Assembly: GCA_051293815.1 (NCBI GenBank)
Contig: JBPKLU010000003.1
Location: 327,426-391,425, forward strand
Source: Nitrospiraceae bacterium
Lineage (GTDB): Bacteria; Nitrospirota; Nitrospiria; Nitrospirales; Nitrospiraceae
Direction of reading: 5' to 3'
DNA length: 64,000 bases
Position 1 is the stretch's first letter; every line of letters begins with the position of its first letter. This document shows, in pieces, positions 63,137-64,000 of the stretch. Below the pieces are notes generated by a model. That model was given only the letters and a program-made list of their open reading frames with translations, was not told the DNA's origin and did no database searches. The translations under genes and the position numbers were made by a program.

Positions 63137-64000
63137 GCGCCGTGGCGCTGGTCCTGCGGAATGTGGAGCTGATCGACGGGCTCGGCCGGTCTCACAAACG
63201 GGCAACCCTCGTCATCCATGGCGACCGCATCGCAGCGGTCGGCGACAGCCGAGACATCGGCACTCTCCGCGGGGCACGGGTGATCGATGGGCGGGGATGG
63301 ACCGTCATGCCCGGCTTGATCGACTGTCACGTGCACCTGTGCCTCGGCGGCGAACCGGACGTCGTGACGACGATCACCCGGGACACGCCGACCCTGACCG
63401 TGCTCAAGGCCGCGCAGTTCGCTCGCCGAACGTTGGAAGCCGGATTCACAACCGTCCGCGATCTCGGGTTTCGCGATCACTCCGTGTTCTCGTTGAAGCG
63501 CGCCATCGAGTCAAGCTTGACGCCGGGACCTCGTATCCTGGCCGCCGGACTTGCCATCTGTATGACCGGCGGCCATGCGCGATTCATCGGCCGCGAAGCC
63601 GACGGACCGGTCGCCGTCATGGCAGCGGTACGCGAGCAGTTGGCCGCCGGCGCCGACGTCATCAAGATCATCGCCTCGGGCGGGGTGCTCACGCCGGGCA
63701 CATCACCCGAGGCGGCGCAGTTCACTCCTGAAGAATTGAGCGCGGCCGTTGCGGAAGCCGGAAGAGCCGGGCGGCGCGTCGCGGCGCACGCCCATGGAGC
63801 GATCGGGATCAAGAACGCCGTTCGAGCCGGCGTCCATTCGATCGAGCACGCGACGCTGATGGACGAGGAAGCCGCCTCGCTGATGAAAGAACGCGACGTG
63901 TTCATGGTGCCGACGCTATCGGCGCTAGCCACAACCGCGGAGCACGGCTCGACCTGTGGCATACCGGAAAGCGCGGTGACAAAAGCGAAAACATTGCGCG
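63133..64000 (+). CDS. metal-dependent amidohydrolase (imidazolonepropionase / Xaa-Pro dipeptidase-like), C-terminal end cut by window edge
   Basis: Manual translation from GTG 63133 (or 63142) gives VLRNVELIDG...VMPGLIDCHVHL...IKIIASGG...AAHAHG...IEHA. It runs off the window, so it is absent from the track. Confidence 0.8.
   Translation, partial: MSAVALVLRNVELIDGLGRSHKRATLVIHGDRIAAVGDSRDIGTLRGARVIDGRGWTVMPGLIDCHVHLCLGGEPDVVTTITRDTPTLTVLKAAQFARRTLEAGFTTVRDLGFRDHSVFSLKRAIESSLTPGPRILAAGLAICMTGGHARFIGREADGPVAVMAAVREQLAAGADVIKIIASGGVLTPGTSPEAAQFTPEELSAAVAEAGRAGRRVAAHAHGAIGIKNAVRAGVHSIEHATLMDEEAASLMKERDVFMVPTLSALATTAEHGSTCGIPESAVTKAKTLR

Overview
High-GC (about 60% by eye) chromosomal fragment from a Gram-negative bacterium. 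Most of it is densely packed housekeeping and metabolic genes. I cannot verify taxonomy, but the two-subunit biotin carboxylase, amicyanin-like cupredoxin, NtrYX and hemE-hemH-hemY order resemble a Nitrospira-like chemolithoautotroph. Confident calls include purM (truncated at the left edge), a RumA-type rRNA methyltransferase, ntrYX, mazG, hemE/hemH/hemY, pycA/pycB-like carboxylase subunits, tpx, sthA, a thiamine-salvage set (NMT1/THI5-like, tenA, thiD), a PrmA-MOSC fusion, a membrane-anchored MutS-like ATPase, an LplT-PlsC-Aas triple fusion, FadL, a large STAND/SARP regulator, an M48/TPR protease, lhr, a cupredoxin, a CPBP protease, a class-V aminotransferase, a CxxCH DUF3365 protein, and an amidohydrolase truncated at the right edge. 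No rRNA, tRNA or CRISPR was seen. The main candidate for something undescribed is a visibly A/T-richer five-gene island at about 48.0-52.7 kb. It encodes three tandem secreted paralogs with no domain I recognise and acidic-then-basic C-terminal tails, a secreted protein flanked by poly-Glu tracts, and a secreted GHSYGG hydrolase. It lies just downstream of the STAND-SARP regulator, a small conserved ORF and the M48 protease. Other items worth a second look are a 12-TM, internally triplicated His-motif membrane protein (NnrS/heme-copper-oxidase-like), a cluster of near-identical 9-nt-loop hairpins, and heptanucleotide repeat tracts found both between genes and in frame inside lhr. Also notable are a DnaA-box/palindrome cluster in a convergent gap, a doubly disrupted NlpC/P60 pseudogene and a probable decayed IS3-type transposase. 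All functions are inferred from motifs read by eye; no database search was run.
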